A stretch of DNA of 64,000 nucleotides from an uncultured virus (IMG/VR IMGVR_UViG_3300029955_000004) (IMGVR_UViG_3300029955_000004:1-64000), one strand, 5' to 3'; shown: positions 10,092 through 20,061, counted from the first letter of the stretch. Numbers and translations: made by a program. The notes: a model not told the origin generated them from the letters alone.

Positions 10092-10529
10092 ATGAATAAC
10101 CGAACTAGAGTCTTTTTAAAGAATAAAAATAATGAAATCTTATTTATTATAAGAAAACCATCGCGAGAAAGACAACAGTTTAAAATCTTATTTCCTGGTG
10201 GTGGTAAGAAGTTTAATGAAGATGAAGCAGATTGTGGAATTAGAGAAATAAAAGAAGAATTAAAATTGAAACTTAAAAAGAATAAATTAAAATATTTATT
10301 TCATATTTATGATGAGAAATATGATTTTACCTTTTATGAATACGAAGATATACTTTTAAATGAAGAAGTCATTAATAATGAACCTGAGAATTTTTCAGAA
10401 GTCGTATGGTTAAAATTAGAGAATGTTAATAAATATATTTCTGATAATAACTTAGAAAGATCTACTAAATTTGATAATGCTTTAATGTTGTATTCTATGC
10501 TAGATGAAAATAAGGAATTAAAAAGATAG
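10092..10529 (+). CDS. NUDIX hydrolase
   Basis: FPGGGKKFNEDEADCGIREIKEELKL matches the Nudix box. Confidence 0.9.
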   Translation: MNNRTRVFLKNKNNEILFIIRKPSRERQQFKILFPGGGKKFNEDEADCGIREIKEELKLKLKKNKLKYLFHIYDEKYDFTFYEYEDILLNEEVINNEPENFSEVVWLKLENVNKYISDNNLERSTKFDNALMLYSMLDENKELKR

Positions 10530-10548
10530 AATAAGAGGAAGTCTACAA

Positions 10549-11421
10549 ATGCCTAAACGGAATATAAGTAATATGAAAGTATTTCAAAAGATGTTATTTA
10601 GTAAATATCTCACCGTTGATGAAAATGATGTTATTCGTAATACACAAACTGGAAATATTGTTGGTAAAAGTAGTTCTAAGGTATATCCATTAGTTCAGAT
10701 TAAATATGAAGGAACTACATATAACATTGGGTGTCATTACATTATCTGGATGCATCATAATAACTTAAAGCTTCCTAATAGTGATTACATCATGTCTTTT
10801 GCAGATAAGAATCCTTCTAATTATAAATATGATAATATTGTTTATATTCCACGTGTCGATTTTATGAAAAAGATTAAAGGACGACAGAATAAAATAAATG
10901 ATAATAGATCTATGACTACAGAACAAGTTATCAGATGCAGAACAAACTATGCTAATGGTACACAATCTTTAAATGAAATAAAAAATGAATTACAAAAAGA
11001 GGGTGTTTGTATTTCAAGACCTTCTGTAATCTCTATGTTACATAATAAAACATATAAAGATATCCCCGCTGTTGAAAAAACTGTCACATTAACTGCTGGT
11101 GATAGAATTAAATCAAAACCAAAAGTTATTAGACCTAAAGTGGTAAAGGTAAAAGTTATTAAAGAAAAGATGCCAAGAATTAAGAAGGTAGTTGAAAAAC
11201 AAAATACAAATACTCTTCGTAGTTTCATATGTTATCATCTTAAACATATTAAACAACAGTCAGATGAATTTATCTGTTCTCTCTTTAATGACCTAACGCC
11301 AGAAACTATTGAAACAAATATCAATAACTATGATTTTAAATTGTATTATAAGAATAGAATACATTGTATTGAAAAGTTTAAAGATAAACCAAAACTTCTT
11401 AAGAAACTTATGCTTATTTAA
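10549..11421 (+). CDS. HNH-endonuclease-like DNA-binding protein (degenerate active site)
   Basis: HYIIW...P...IMSFADKNPSNYKYDNI resembles the phage HNH_3 motif; followed by an HTH-like segment and a Lys-rich linker. Confidence 0.7.
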   Translation: MPKRNISNMKVFQKMLFSKYLTVDENDVIRNTQTGNIVGKSSSKVYPLVQIKYEGTTYNIGCHYIIWMHHNNLKLPNSDYIMSFADKNPSNYKYDNIVYIPRVDFMKKIKGRQNKINDNRSMTTEQVIRCRTNYANGTQSLNEIKNELQKEGVCISRPSVISMLHNKTYKDIPAVEKTVTLTAGDRIKSKPKVIRPKVVKVKVIKEKMPRIKKVVEKQNTNTLRSFICYHLKHIKQQSDEFICSLFNDLTPETIETNINNYDFKLYYKNRIHCIEKFKDKPKLLKKLMLI

Positions 11422-11479
11422 ATAATATTAATGAACTAAGGATCATATATTCACATTCTACCTGGGGGGTAGTTCAAAC

Positions 11480-11854
11480 ATGGGTAAGCGTAATCGTACT
11501 CAGTCGGATGATAACAATAGATCCAAGAAGAAAAAGAAAGTCATTGTTGGTTATGACGAAGTTATTACCCTAGCTAAGAAAAACGTAACAGATCCTACTC
11601 ATGGTAAATTTCTTACTGAACTGCTAAATAGAATAAAATTAAATAATAATAAATGTCTTTCATTTAAAGGATCTCACAATGAAACAATAAATGATATCTT
11701 TGATGAAAATAGAAATATTCAGAATATAAATATCGATTTTGCTAATAAAACATTCGCTAATATAATTGATTGTGTTAATACAAATTTCCTTCTTTTGCGA
11801 ATAATTGGTAATACCCTGAATGAAATGGGTCATGATCTTAGTTTCTCTTTTTGA
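11480..11854 (+). CDS. Hypothetical protein with basic N-terminus
   Basis: 124 aa, GGGGG RBS. Confidence 0.7.
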   Translation: MGKRNRTQSDDNNRSKKKKKVIVGYDEVITLAKKNVTDPTHGKFLTELLNRIKLNNNKCLSFKGSHNETINDIFDENRNIQNINIDFANKTFANIIDCVNTNFLLLRIIGNTLNEMGHDLSFSF

Positions 11855-11864
11855 TACATTCTGA

Positions 11865-11897
11865 CTATCCATAGGGCTCTTGGAGCCCTATGGATAG
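11865..11897. terminator. Hairpin, probable terminator
   Basis: CTATCCATAGGGCTC-TTG-GAGCCCTATGGATAG. Confidence 0.7.
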
Positions 11898-11933
11898 CTG
11901 TCTCACAACTCTAAACAAAGGAGATGTTCTCTT

Positions 11934-12302
11934 ATGAATGATGCAGCTAAAAATAATTTCGATATCATTAAAAAAATGGATAAGTTTAAACTTCCTATTC
12001 ATGTAATTTATAATTGTGATATATCTAATACCAAAAAGTTTGTTGGCGTCAGTACAACGGGACTTCTAAGTTCTATGGGTGGCGCTTTACATATTTGCAA
12101 TATTCTCGGAAGAGATAATGTCAATGTCGGATGTTGGTTGACTCCTATAAAATTCAAGTGTAGTATTGAAGAACTTGAGATTGTTAAACAACTGCTTGAA
12201 GAAACTTTACAAATACCAGAACCACTATTCGATAGAGACAAATCATCTCTTGTTGTATTTTCAGTTAAAGACAATATCAACGATGTAAACATTTATATAT
12301 AA
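11934..12302 (+). CDS. Hypothetical protein
   Basis: 122 aa, AAGGAG RBS. Confidence 0.75.
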   Translation: MNDAAKNNFDIIKKMDKFKLPIHVIYNCDISNTKKFVGVSTTGLLSSMGGALHICNILGRDNVNVGCWLTPIKFKCSIEELEIVKQLLEETLQIPEPLFDRDKSSLVVFSVKDNINDVNIYI

Positions 12303-12326
12303 CTCTAACAAATAAGGGATGCAATC

Positions 12327-12536
12327 ATGGAATCGCTCTTAGTATGTATACTCATTTATACTTGGATCGGATTAACAATTTGTATTGTCCAGAAAAAACA
12401 GTGGAAGGGAGCTTTGCACACTCCTACACTATTTGATTATTTATTATGGTTCCTTGGATGGTATATGATTTTACCCATAGAAATCTATACCAAATATAAA
12501 AATTATGAAATCATACATTACAGTAAAAAAGGCTAG
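12327..12536 (+). CDS. Small membrane protein
   Basis: 69 aa, two hydrophobic stretches, AAGGGA RBS. Confidence 0.7.
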   Translation: MESLLVCILIYTWIGLTICIVQKKQWKGALHTPTLFDYLLWFLGWYMILPIEIYTKYKNYEIIHYSKKG

Positions 12537-12548
12537 AAATTAATTGAG

Positions 12549-12576
12549 AGATGGAGGGTCAAATGACCCTCCATCT
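12549..12576 (+). terminator. Hairpin terminator
   Basis: AGATGGAGGGTCA-AA-TGACCCTCCATCT, then a T-rich tract. Confidence 0.75.
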
Positions 12577-12764
12577 TATCTCTATTTTTTTAATAATATT
12601 AACATACGTACAGTAGTACTTGTATGTTTATCTTATAATATCTCATATTAATAGTATCCAACACCAAAGAGATATATCCTTATTAAAATCACATTAAATA
12701 TATTTTTGCTATTTTATTTAAATATATATTATTCATTTGATTATACTCTTTTGGGGATAACGAT

Positions 12765-13319
12765 ATGAAAGTATGGAGCATCTTACCAGAATCAGTATAT
12801 TTGAAACTTATGGAAAATGATATTCTTATTTGCGATCGTTTAGAATATACAGATATTGAATTTAGACGAGCTTATCACTGGATGCGTAATCAAATGAATA
12901 AAAGATTAGAAACAGCATATCGTGACAGATTTCCTTTATGGGTGTGGATACACCATGGTACGAAATCAGGAAAACCCGATCTACGAGAAAGTCATCTTGG
13001 TATTAAAGGGTCTATTAATTATTGTGTTGAATTCGATATACCGGAAAAAGATATACTACAGTCAGATTTTTCATTATGGCACTGTGTACTTGGTGACTGG
13101 TATCTTGCTTCATCTGAAGAAGAAAGTACTGAGTATGATACACAACTTAAACTATATGGCAATACTCCAGAATTAGAGCATAAGAAGATACAATCATGGG
13201 AATGCATTTTCGATATAGGTATCACGAATGACTGGATTGGTACTGGTACGACTCAAGGATGTGTATGGGAATTTAAGAAATCTGAAATTAAAAACTCTCA
13301 AAGATTTATAGCTAGATAG
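12765..13319 (+). CDS. DUF3841-like protein
   Basis: AYHWMRNQM, PLWVW, KPDLR, SDFSLWHCVL, SWECIF and QGCVWE pattern; TATATTAT promoter variant at 12725. Confidence 0.75.
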   Translation: MKVWSILPESVYLKLMENDILICDRLEYTDIEFRRAYHWMRNQMNKRLETAYRDRFPLWVWIHHGTKSGKPDLRESHLGIKGSINYCVEFDIPEKDILQSDFSLWHCVLGDWYLASSEEESTEYDTQLKLYGNTPELEHKKIQSWECIFDIGITNDWIGTGTTQGCVWEFKKSEIKNSQRFIAR

Positions 13320-13332
13320 GAGGACTGTTAAA

Positions 13333-13563
13333 ATGACATCAGATAGACCAATATATCTTTCTGAATCTGATAATATTACTTTGGATGATGTTACATTATT
13401 TAGTATTATTAATCTTATGGAAATATTTGGAGTGCCTCAAAATACTATTGAACAGTGGATAAGCAAATCTGAGAAATATAAATTTCCTAAAGCTATTATG
13501 GTTGGCGATAGCCCTAGATGGTTTAAAGAAGATATTTCAACTTGGATACGCTGTGGAAAATAA
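13333..13563 (+). CDS. AlpA/excisionase-like helix-turn-helix protein
   Basis: IFGVPQNTIEQWI...FPKAIMVGDSPRWFKEDISTWI matches the AlpA pattern; GGAGG RBS. Confidence 0.75.
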   Translation: MTSDRPIYLSESDNITLDDVTLFSIINLMEIFGVPQNTIEQWISKSEKYKFPKAIMVGDSPRWFKEDISTWIRCGK

Positions 13564-13599
13564 AGAATTTTTAAACACCTCTCTGAAAGGAAACAAGCT

Positions 13600-13935
13600 A
13601 TGGATGAATCTAGAATAGCTTCGCGCATTGCATTAGAACATATATTCATAATGACAATGACAAGTAAGCACTATAAGTATTGTTCTAATGATCTTTCAAA
13701 TATTATCATTAAACTTATTATTGAATATTTATCAAATTTTGATAAGAATGCCAAAGAAGTTAACATCGATCTTGCCACAATTCTTCACAGACTTGGTGTT
13801 GATAAAGATCGTCCAGATGCTGAAGATGTTACTGATATTCTTATAGCATTGATGGAGTATATTCAGAATAGATGGAATAATATTGTTATCAGTTATGACA
13901 AAACCAACTTGTCTACTATTCGTATATCTTGTTAA
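13600..13935 (+). CDS. Hypothetical protein
   Basis: 111 aa, AAGGA RBS, followed by a terminator. Confidence 0.7.
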   Translation: MDESRIASRIALEHIFIMTMTSKHYKYCSNDLSNIIIKLIIEYLSNFDKNAKEVNIDLATILHRLGVDKDRPDAEDVTDILIALMEYIQNRWNNIVISYDKTNLSTIRISC

Positions 13936-13936
13936 T

Positions 13937-13972
13937 AGAGAGGGAAGGGGAAATCCCCTTCCCTCTCTTTTT
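13937..13972 (+). terminator. Intrinsic terminator
   Basis: AGAGAGGGAAGGGGA-AA-TCCCCTTCCCTCTCT plus TTTT. Confidence 0.8.
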
Positions 13973-13998
13973 AAATGTATTTCATATTATTTCAAATA

Positions 13999-14006
13999 TA
14001 TATTAC
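13999..14006 (+). promoter_or_regulatory. Early promoter motif TATATTAC
   Basis: Exact consensus 6 nt upstream of the tRNA-like gene. Confidence 0.75.
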
Positions 14007-14012
14007 TATATT

Positions 14013-14084
14013 GAGTTTATAGCTCAGTCGGTAGAGCGCGAGTATTTATATTCGATGTCGTTGGTTCGAGTCCAACTAAACTTT
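14013..14084 (+). tRNA. tRNA-like gene with non-canonical 6-nt anticodon loop (isotype undetermined/pseudo)
   Basis: Acceptor GAGTTTA/TAAACTT, D-arm GCTC-AGTCGGTA-GAGC, anticodon stem CGAGT/ATTCG with loop ATTTAT, variable ATGTC, T-arm GTTGG-TTCGAGT-CCAAC; no encoded CCA. Confidence 0.8.
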
Positions 14085-14088
14085 TTAT

Positions 14089-15540
14089 TTATTTTTTACC
14101 GAAATAGATATTTATCATCTCTTGTTCAGAAGCTTTCATAAGTCTAGCCATAGTACCCATTTTGAATGGGCTTGTAACGATACGTTTATTAACACCACGA
14201 GCAGAGAATAGCATATCTAAATGAACACCAGATTCAGTCTTACATTGTTCTTCCATGATTGATGCAGTTGTTGACTTCAACTGATTACCAACAACCAATT
14301 TAGATCCACATTCATGATTTAGTTTTTCAACAATAGTAAATGATAATAAAACAGTATCAACATCAAATTCAGTTCCAAGATATTTAGTACCGATAGGAAC
14401 TAATCCTGGTTCTGGATAATCTATATTTTTTCTAGTACCTTTAGTAACATCATGTAATTTAACATGTTTACGTTCTATCTTCTTAACAATATTAGCCAAT
14501 GTAGGAGTCATATCTTCTATAGGACAACTATACATAACATCGATATTTCTAATAATTCCATGATATTTAGCTTTTGGTGATTTCTTATTTAATTCTTGTA
14601 AAACATCGTCACTATTATCACCACCTAAGAAATCTAAATCACTATCTTCAATAATACATAATCTATCTGTAATTTCAACAGTATCTCCAATACCCAACAT
14701 TTCATGAACAATTGTTTTATTATTTATTCTAATAGTACGAACATGAGCGGGTTCAATTTGCATAGTCTGAGAGAAATCTTTTGAAATAAGATTAGAATCT
14801 TCCCAGGTTTGATCGTGTTCTAATAAAGCAACTGTAGCAGTAACACCATGTTTCCAACCAACTTGTTTACTATAAGGATCTGCTTCAAAGAATCCACTAT
14901 TATAAGCAATAACATCACCTTCTTTAACCTTATCACCTTTATTAAAATTCAATTTAATATTTTGACTAATGAATGAACCAGAAACACTTGTATACTTTGT
15001 TTCAAAACTAAAAATATCTATATCATTATTTTTACTATAGTTAAAGACATCTAATCTAATATACAGATTTGATTTACTAGATCTATAGTCTTCAGTAGTT
15101 TTATTATTATAGAAATCAGGTAGATTATTCGATAAGCTTTTAATAGGTCCAATAGCACTTACTCTAAAGAGATAATCATCAATACGATAGATATCATTTA
15201 ATTTTAGATCTGTATTTTTATCTTGATAAATAAAAAGAGGTTCTTCCATCTTAATTGTTTCTTTCATATAGTTTTTAAAATTAACCTTTGTGGTATAGTC
15301 TTTAGAAATAATATTTAAATCAAGTACTTTAAAAACAGGTTCATTGTAAGTTACTTTAATGAGTTTTAATTGTTCATCAATATCGGTAACAACACCATCT
15401 CTTTTGGCTATACAAGCAAATGTCTCATTTGTTCTGTGAGCAATAGTATTTTCAAAACCAGTTCTGACTCTATAAATTTCAGCATTTTCACAAGGGAGTT
15501 GATGAACCAACTGAATGTTAATAAAATTTGCGCGTTTGGC
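14089..15540 (-). CDS. Virion RNA polymerase beta subunit (phiKZ gp178-like), exon 2
   Basis: AKRANF...RVRTGFE, GDKVKEGDVIA, TWEDSNLIS, GSKLVVGNQLKS and SARGVNKR correspond to RpoB motifs; no RBS of its own; joins exon 1 in frame after intron removal. Confidence 0.9.
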   Translation of the reverse strand, partial: AKRANFINIQLVHQLPCENAEIYRVRTGFENTIAHRTNETFACIAKRDGVVTDIDEQLKLIKVTYNEPVFKVLDLNIISKDYTTKVNFKNYMKETIKMEEPLFIYQDKNTDLKLNDIYRIDDYLFRVSAIGPIKSLSNNLPDFYNNKTTEDYRSSKSNLYIRLDVFNYSKNNDIDIFSFETKYTSVSGSFISQNIKLNFNKGDKVKEGDVIAYNSGFFEADPYSKQVGWKHGVTATVALLEHDQTWEDSNLISKDFSQTMQIEPAHVRTIRINNKTIVHEMLGIGDTVEITDRLCIIEDSDLDFLGGDNSDDVLQELNKKSPKAKYHGIIRNIDVMYSCPIEDMTPTLANIVKKIERKHVKLHDVTKGTRKNIDYPEPGLVPIGTKYLGTEFDVDTVLLSFTIVEKLNHECGSKLVVGNQLKSTTASIMEEQCKTESGVHLDMLFSARGVNKRIVTSPFKMGTMARLMKASEQEMINIYFGKK

Positions 15541-15984
15541 CGATATCTTCAATAGGAGTCGTTACTTCCTACCCGTCTCTTTTGGAAGGAGACAGCTCTA
15601 TGTTTCCATAGATGTCGAGACTATATCTTCATCCTGCTCATACGAGGGAGGATGTCTCTCATTTCCATCTCACTTAAGATGTACAGATTGAAAAGATCTT
15701 AGTCGTTGAACGTTCTCCATGGCACATCATCCGATGTTCTGTAGGAGCTTCGCTGCTAATGAGGATCTTTGATCCTACGGTTGCCCATTTCCTATCCCAG
15801 TATGACTCTGGGGTCATCCGTCTCGTTTTCAGACCATCACGATTGTCGTTACCAACTGCGTTGTGGTGAGACAGCTTTAGGGGTTTCCAGCAATTAGAGA
15901 GAATTCTATCTCAAGATTTCACTTGAGTAGGACAGCTGTTCTGAATGATCTTACACGGATAGTATCCGTTTCATTCAGTTTTCT
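15541..15984 (-). ncRNA. Group I self-splicing intron (444 nt, no homing endonuclease ORF)
   Basis: Minus-strand core elements: P AATTGCTGGAAA (15884-15895), Q CATTAGCAGC (15752-15761), R GTTCAACGACTA (15700-15711), S AAGATATAGTCT (15618-15629). P3 TCTCTC/GAGAGA; P9 with GAAA loop. The 5' exon ends in U, the intron ends in G, and splicing restores ...PCAINED|AKRANF. Confidence 0.93.
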
Positions 15985-18900
15985 ATCTTCGTTGATTGCA
16001 CACGGCATCAGCATAGATGTCAATGATAATACCTGAGTTGCTTTAATCTTTTTAAGATCAACACTATCAAGATCGTAAGTTCCACGAATATCATTAATAA
16101 CAGGATCTACTGATAAATAAGATTTAATAGCAACCTTACCAGAATCAGGAGTACATTCAGATAATACACCAACGCCGTCTTCTGGATATGTTCTATCATC
16201 GACCATAAATGATTGAGCAGTTCTACCACCCTGCCCGGCATAAGTAACCGTTAACTTATCTTGAATTTCATGAATAGGATTAATTTCATCAAATAACTGA
16301 ACAGACTGATCATTAAGAATTTCATAAAAAACAGCATCTGGATTAATAGAGAATGATTTTTTATTAACTCGTTGATTTCTATAAGTAGCATAACTACGAG
16401 CCATATGGTTATAAAGAACAGTTACCAATCTCTCATATCCACGAGTTCTTAGATTTCTCATAGAAGATGTCTGAATAGCATAATCGTAAGATAACATTTC
16501 AGTTGCTTTAACCAATAAATTAAAGAAGTCTGTAGGCATATTCATCTTCTTTAAAGTATCTCTTGTAATAGTATCAATAAAGAAATCAAAGTTATCAGTA
16601 ATACCTTTTAGATAGTTAACCTTTTCTCCATTATCTAACAACATAACGTAATAGGCATCTTTCTCATTTAAGTCTTTTAATTCAAAGTTAGAAGTATTGT
16701 ATTTTAAGAGTCCTGAAACAATTAAAGACTTTTCAATAGGATATCGATCAAACACTAAATATCCATCACTAAAGGGAACAATAATAGATGATAACTTATC
16801 TTTAGGAATATCTCTCTTTTCAGTATAAAAAGTATAGTCTATTTTAAGTTGTTTAAGAACTTGTGTAAGTCCATACTGAAAGCCCATAATAAAAATAATA
16901 GGAAAGTTCTTATCTAGGATCTTTAATTCAGTCCACTCATGTACTACTTTAGGTAATGGCATTTTTCCTTTAAATTCTGATACTAATATGTCAAGTATAC
17001 AAGAGGAGTTTACTTCTGTATTTGTCTTCAAATCTATTTCATGAATAACATTATCAAAACCAAAGAATAATAAATTCTTATTTTTCATGCCGCAACAAAC
17101 ACCATACTTTTTCTCTAATGGAATGACTTTGTCTTTCTCTAGAATCTTTTTAACAAAATCAAATCTTTCTGTAAGATCAAAGAATAACTGATAATTTGTT
17201 GTGATGAGTTGACTAAACTTATCAGCAACACATGTATATTCATACGGAAGTTTAGTAGGTGATTTCAATGCACCATAAACAATAGTTAGTCCTATTTTAC
17301 TCTTATAAATATTGGCAATATAATTCTGAATAAATATTCTAAAACTATGAACCTTATGTTTATTTCTTTCAACAATAGTTTTGTTATAGTTAGAAGCTAG
17401 TGAAACTCTATTAGGAGCCACTTTACATATAGGAACATTAACTTCTTGTTTAATCATTCTCGACTTAATACCATTTGCTAACATAATACCATCATCACTT
17501 ACTATTGGAAGTTTAAAGACAACTTTGTGTTTCTTACCTTCCATATCTTCATATGTAAACTTAAATCTCTTTACTCTATTGATTCTAGAGATTTCTTCAC
17601 TCTCTTCGATATCAGTTAAGAACAACCCAACACTATGAAAATGTAATGCAACATTAGCAATATCTTTATATAAATTTTCATTTATGTAATGTTCATCTAA
17701 TTTAATAGCAGATGAAGATAACATAGATTCATCAAGTACATGATCCTTTAAGAAATTTAATTTATTTTTACTTATAGCAACATCTGGAGTTGCATCAATA
17801 TGTTCAGATAATGATTTATTATTTAGTTTAACACCTTTATAAATCTGAGCAACTCTTTTTAATCTCTTTTGCTGAGCTTCAGAAAGATTAGGATAATTAT
17901 TAATATAATCAACTGCTTGATTGTCGATGATAGAAGAAGGAATATTATCACTTAATTCTTGAACTTCAATATCTTTACCTTGTACTTTAATAGCATTACG
18001 AATAATAACAAGATAGTGATTATACTTAATAGTTTTTTCTTTGTCTTTTGAAACAGGTATAAGCCAGGTATACCAGCGTTCTAGCGCATGTAAGTTTAAA
18101 TATCTAATTCCAGTTTCTGATGTTAGGACATCATCTTCGCTATTCAGAATAATCTTCTTTATAGTCTTTTCACCAAAGAAAATTTCAAACCGATTTGCTT
18201 TAATAAAAGTATCTTTAGAAAGTGAATTATTTGATCTCTTCTCTTTTAATAAATGTTCTATAAACTTAATAAATTTTTCACTTTCATCACTGGAATGAAT
18301 ATCAAGATCGTTTGTAGTATCGATAAGGTTATGCATAACCATAGCACCACTAGAGCATATTACTAGCTTCTCTAAACTATCTTTATTAAATATTTTCATC
18401 TTCTTAATAATATCTACTCTTGTCATAGGTTTATTTGTTAATAAATCTAATTCATCATCGTCTTCAATATCAATTATTTGTTGTTCGTCTTGATTTTCTT
18501 CTTTTAATGTTTCTAATTCAGTCAAGTTATCAATATCTATCAATTTAATAAGTTTGTTAGTATTTGCTTTTAAACTACTAACATTTTGATCTTTAGGAAT
18601 ATCATTTTTATCTTCATCTGTTATTTCTGTATGTTCTGTAATATCATTATCTTCAGTATCGTCATCTTCTCTACCTTGAGTTTCAACAATCTTATCGTAG
18701 CCATGTTCGTCTAAGTTATCAGTATCTATATTCATATGTCCGGCTAATTGTAGATTTGTAATATGTTTCATAACACTTAGCATCATTGATGTATCTTTAA
18801 CTTTATCAAACATATGTCTCATATCACCAAGATTATAAATAATGGCTTTATCACCAGCTGTTAAAATAATATTTGTTCTGTCTAATTCTGGTACTGTCAA

Positions 18901-19671
18901 TTCATTAAATAAAGAAGTAGCATTAACAAATTCATCTTTTTCTTTTACTCTAGAAACAAAGTTAAATAAGTGGATTAAGAAGTAATAGGTAAAGTCTTTA
19001 CAATTCTTGAATTTAAGATTTTGATAATTAATTTCTTTCATAGTTGTTGTAAATGAAGATCTCTTATAAATGATAGAAGAAATCGGAATATGAATATAGT
19101 GAAGTTTGTGATCAATCTTAACAGTTGTATCTAAGATAGTTTTTAAAATAGCTTCAAATGTTCTATATCCTTGTAGTTTTCCACCAATAGGTTGTGCTGT
19201 TGTAATAGCATTATAATTAACAATAGGAAGAACATTACTTTTATTGAGCATAGATGCTAACATACTTGATCTTTTAACATTATGATGTTTCTTAAAGAAG
19301 TTTTGAATCTCTGATGTAAAAGATTGAGGTCTATACTTTAAGTTATCATCAATAAAGAATCTAGACTCTTTTTCTGGTAAAGCTAACTGATTCCATAAAT
19401 AAAGAGTAAATTTCTCATTTTTAATAAATGTATCATTTAGATCTGGAGATATGGTTAAGTGTTTATTCTGTAAAAATTGGTCAACGACATGATAAACTGA
19501 ATTATTAGGAAGTTGTAAGTTTTCAACTCTAACTAATAAGTTAGGAATATTAGATCTTTTCCATGTTGTATATTTAGTTTTAAACTGTTGAAAAACAAAT
19601 TTTTCAAGAGCAGCTTCTTCATTGAAAGTTACAATACCACCATCCTCTGTTTGAAATGTATATGGCTCCAT
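15985..19671 (-). CDS. Virion RNA polymerase beta subunit (phiKZ gp178-like), exon 1; spliced product ~1712 aa
   Basis: NGIKSRMIKQ, LASNYNK, TYAGQGGR, VLSECTPDSGKV (RpoB CPIETPEG equivalent) and LMPCAINED; 1229 codons up to the splice site. Confidence 0.9.
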
Positions 19672-19807
19672 TACAACATCCTATTTTGTAGTTCTAAATT
19701 ATGGTAAATTTTATTAAATCAAAATTTCTTTAATATAAGTTAAAAATCTTTAAAGATTATATATTTTATGGTTTACTTTAGGCCTTTTCTACTGAAAGGA
19801 TCTAGAT

Positions 19808-19948
19808 ATGGATACTTTTGATATTCTATTTATAATTAGTTTTATTATATGTTTTATAATCTTTTTATCTTTTGTCTTTAAACTACCAAAAGAAAAATCA
19901 TTGTCAACAAAATATACTCAAATTAAAAATGTTAAATACTTTTTCTGA
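19808..19948 (+). CDS. Small single-TM protein (46 aa), not in the ORF track
   Basis: MDTFDILFIISFIICFIIFLSFVFKLPKEK...; AAAGGA RBS; terminator follows immediately. Confidence 0.6.
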   Translation: MDTFDILFIISFIICFIIFLSFVFKLPKEKSLSTKYTQIKNVKYFF

Positions 19949-19952
19949 TCAT

Positions 19953-19984
19953 AACTACAGTAGGGCATATGCCCTACTGTAGTT
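19953..19984. terminator. Perfect 32-bp palindrome (CATATG centre)
   Basis: AACTACAGTAGGGCATATGCCCTACTGTAGTT. Confidence 0.75.
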
Positions 19985-20000
19985 TAAATCTATTGAAATA

Positions 20001-20008
20001 TATATTAC
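20001..20008 (+). promoter_or_regulatory. Early promoter motif TATATTAC
   Basis: AAATATATATTACTATATTGA context, nearly identical to the copy at 13999. Confidence 0.75.
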
Positions 20009-20061
20009 TATATTGACTTAAGGATGCATTAAGTATCCATTCTCTTTTGCTGAGGTTTACC

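Noticed and set aside
12580..12720. AT-rich intergenic stretch with a small hairpin (AACATAC...GTATGTT) as an origin or sRNA
   Set aside because: No iterated repeats and only weak structure; not distinguishable from background in this AT-rich genome
13929..14141. 70-aa ORF in the track
   Set aside because: It spans a terminator, a promoter and the tRNA-like gene, so it is spurious
14089..19671. RNAP beta as two separately translated subunits or a pseudogene
   Set aside because: The gap contains a full group I intron core and splicing restores the conserved motif in frame
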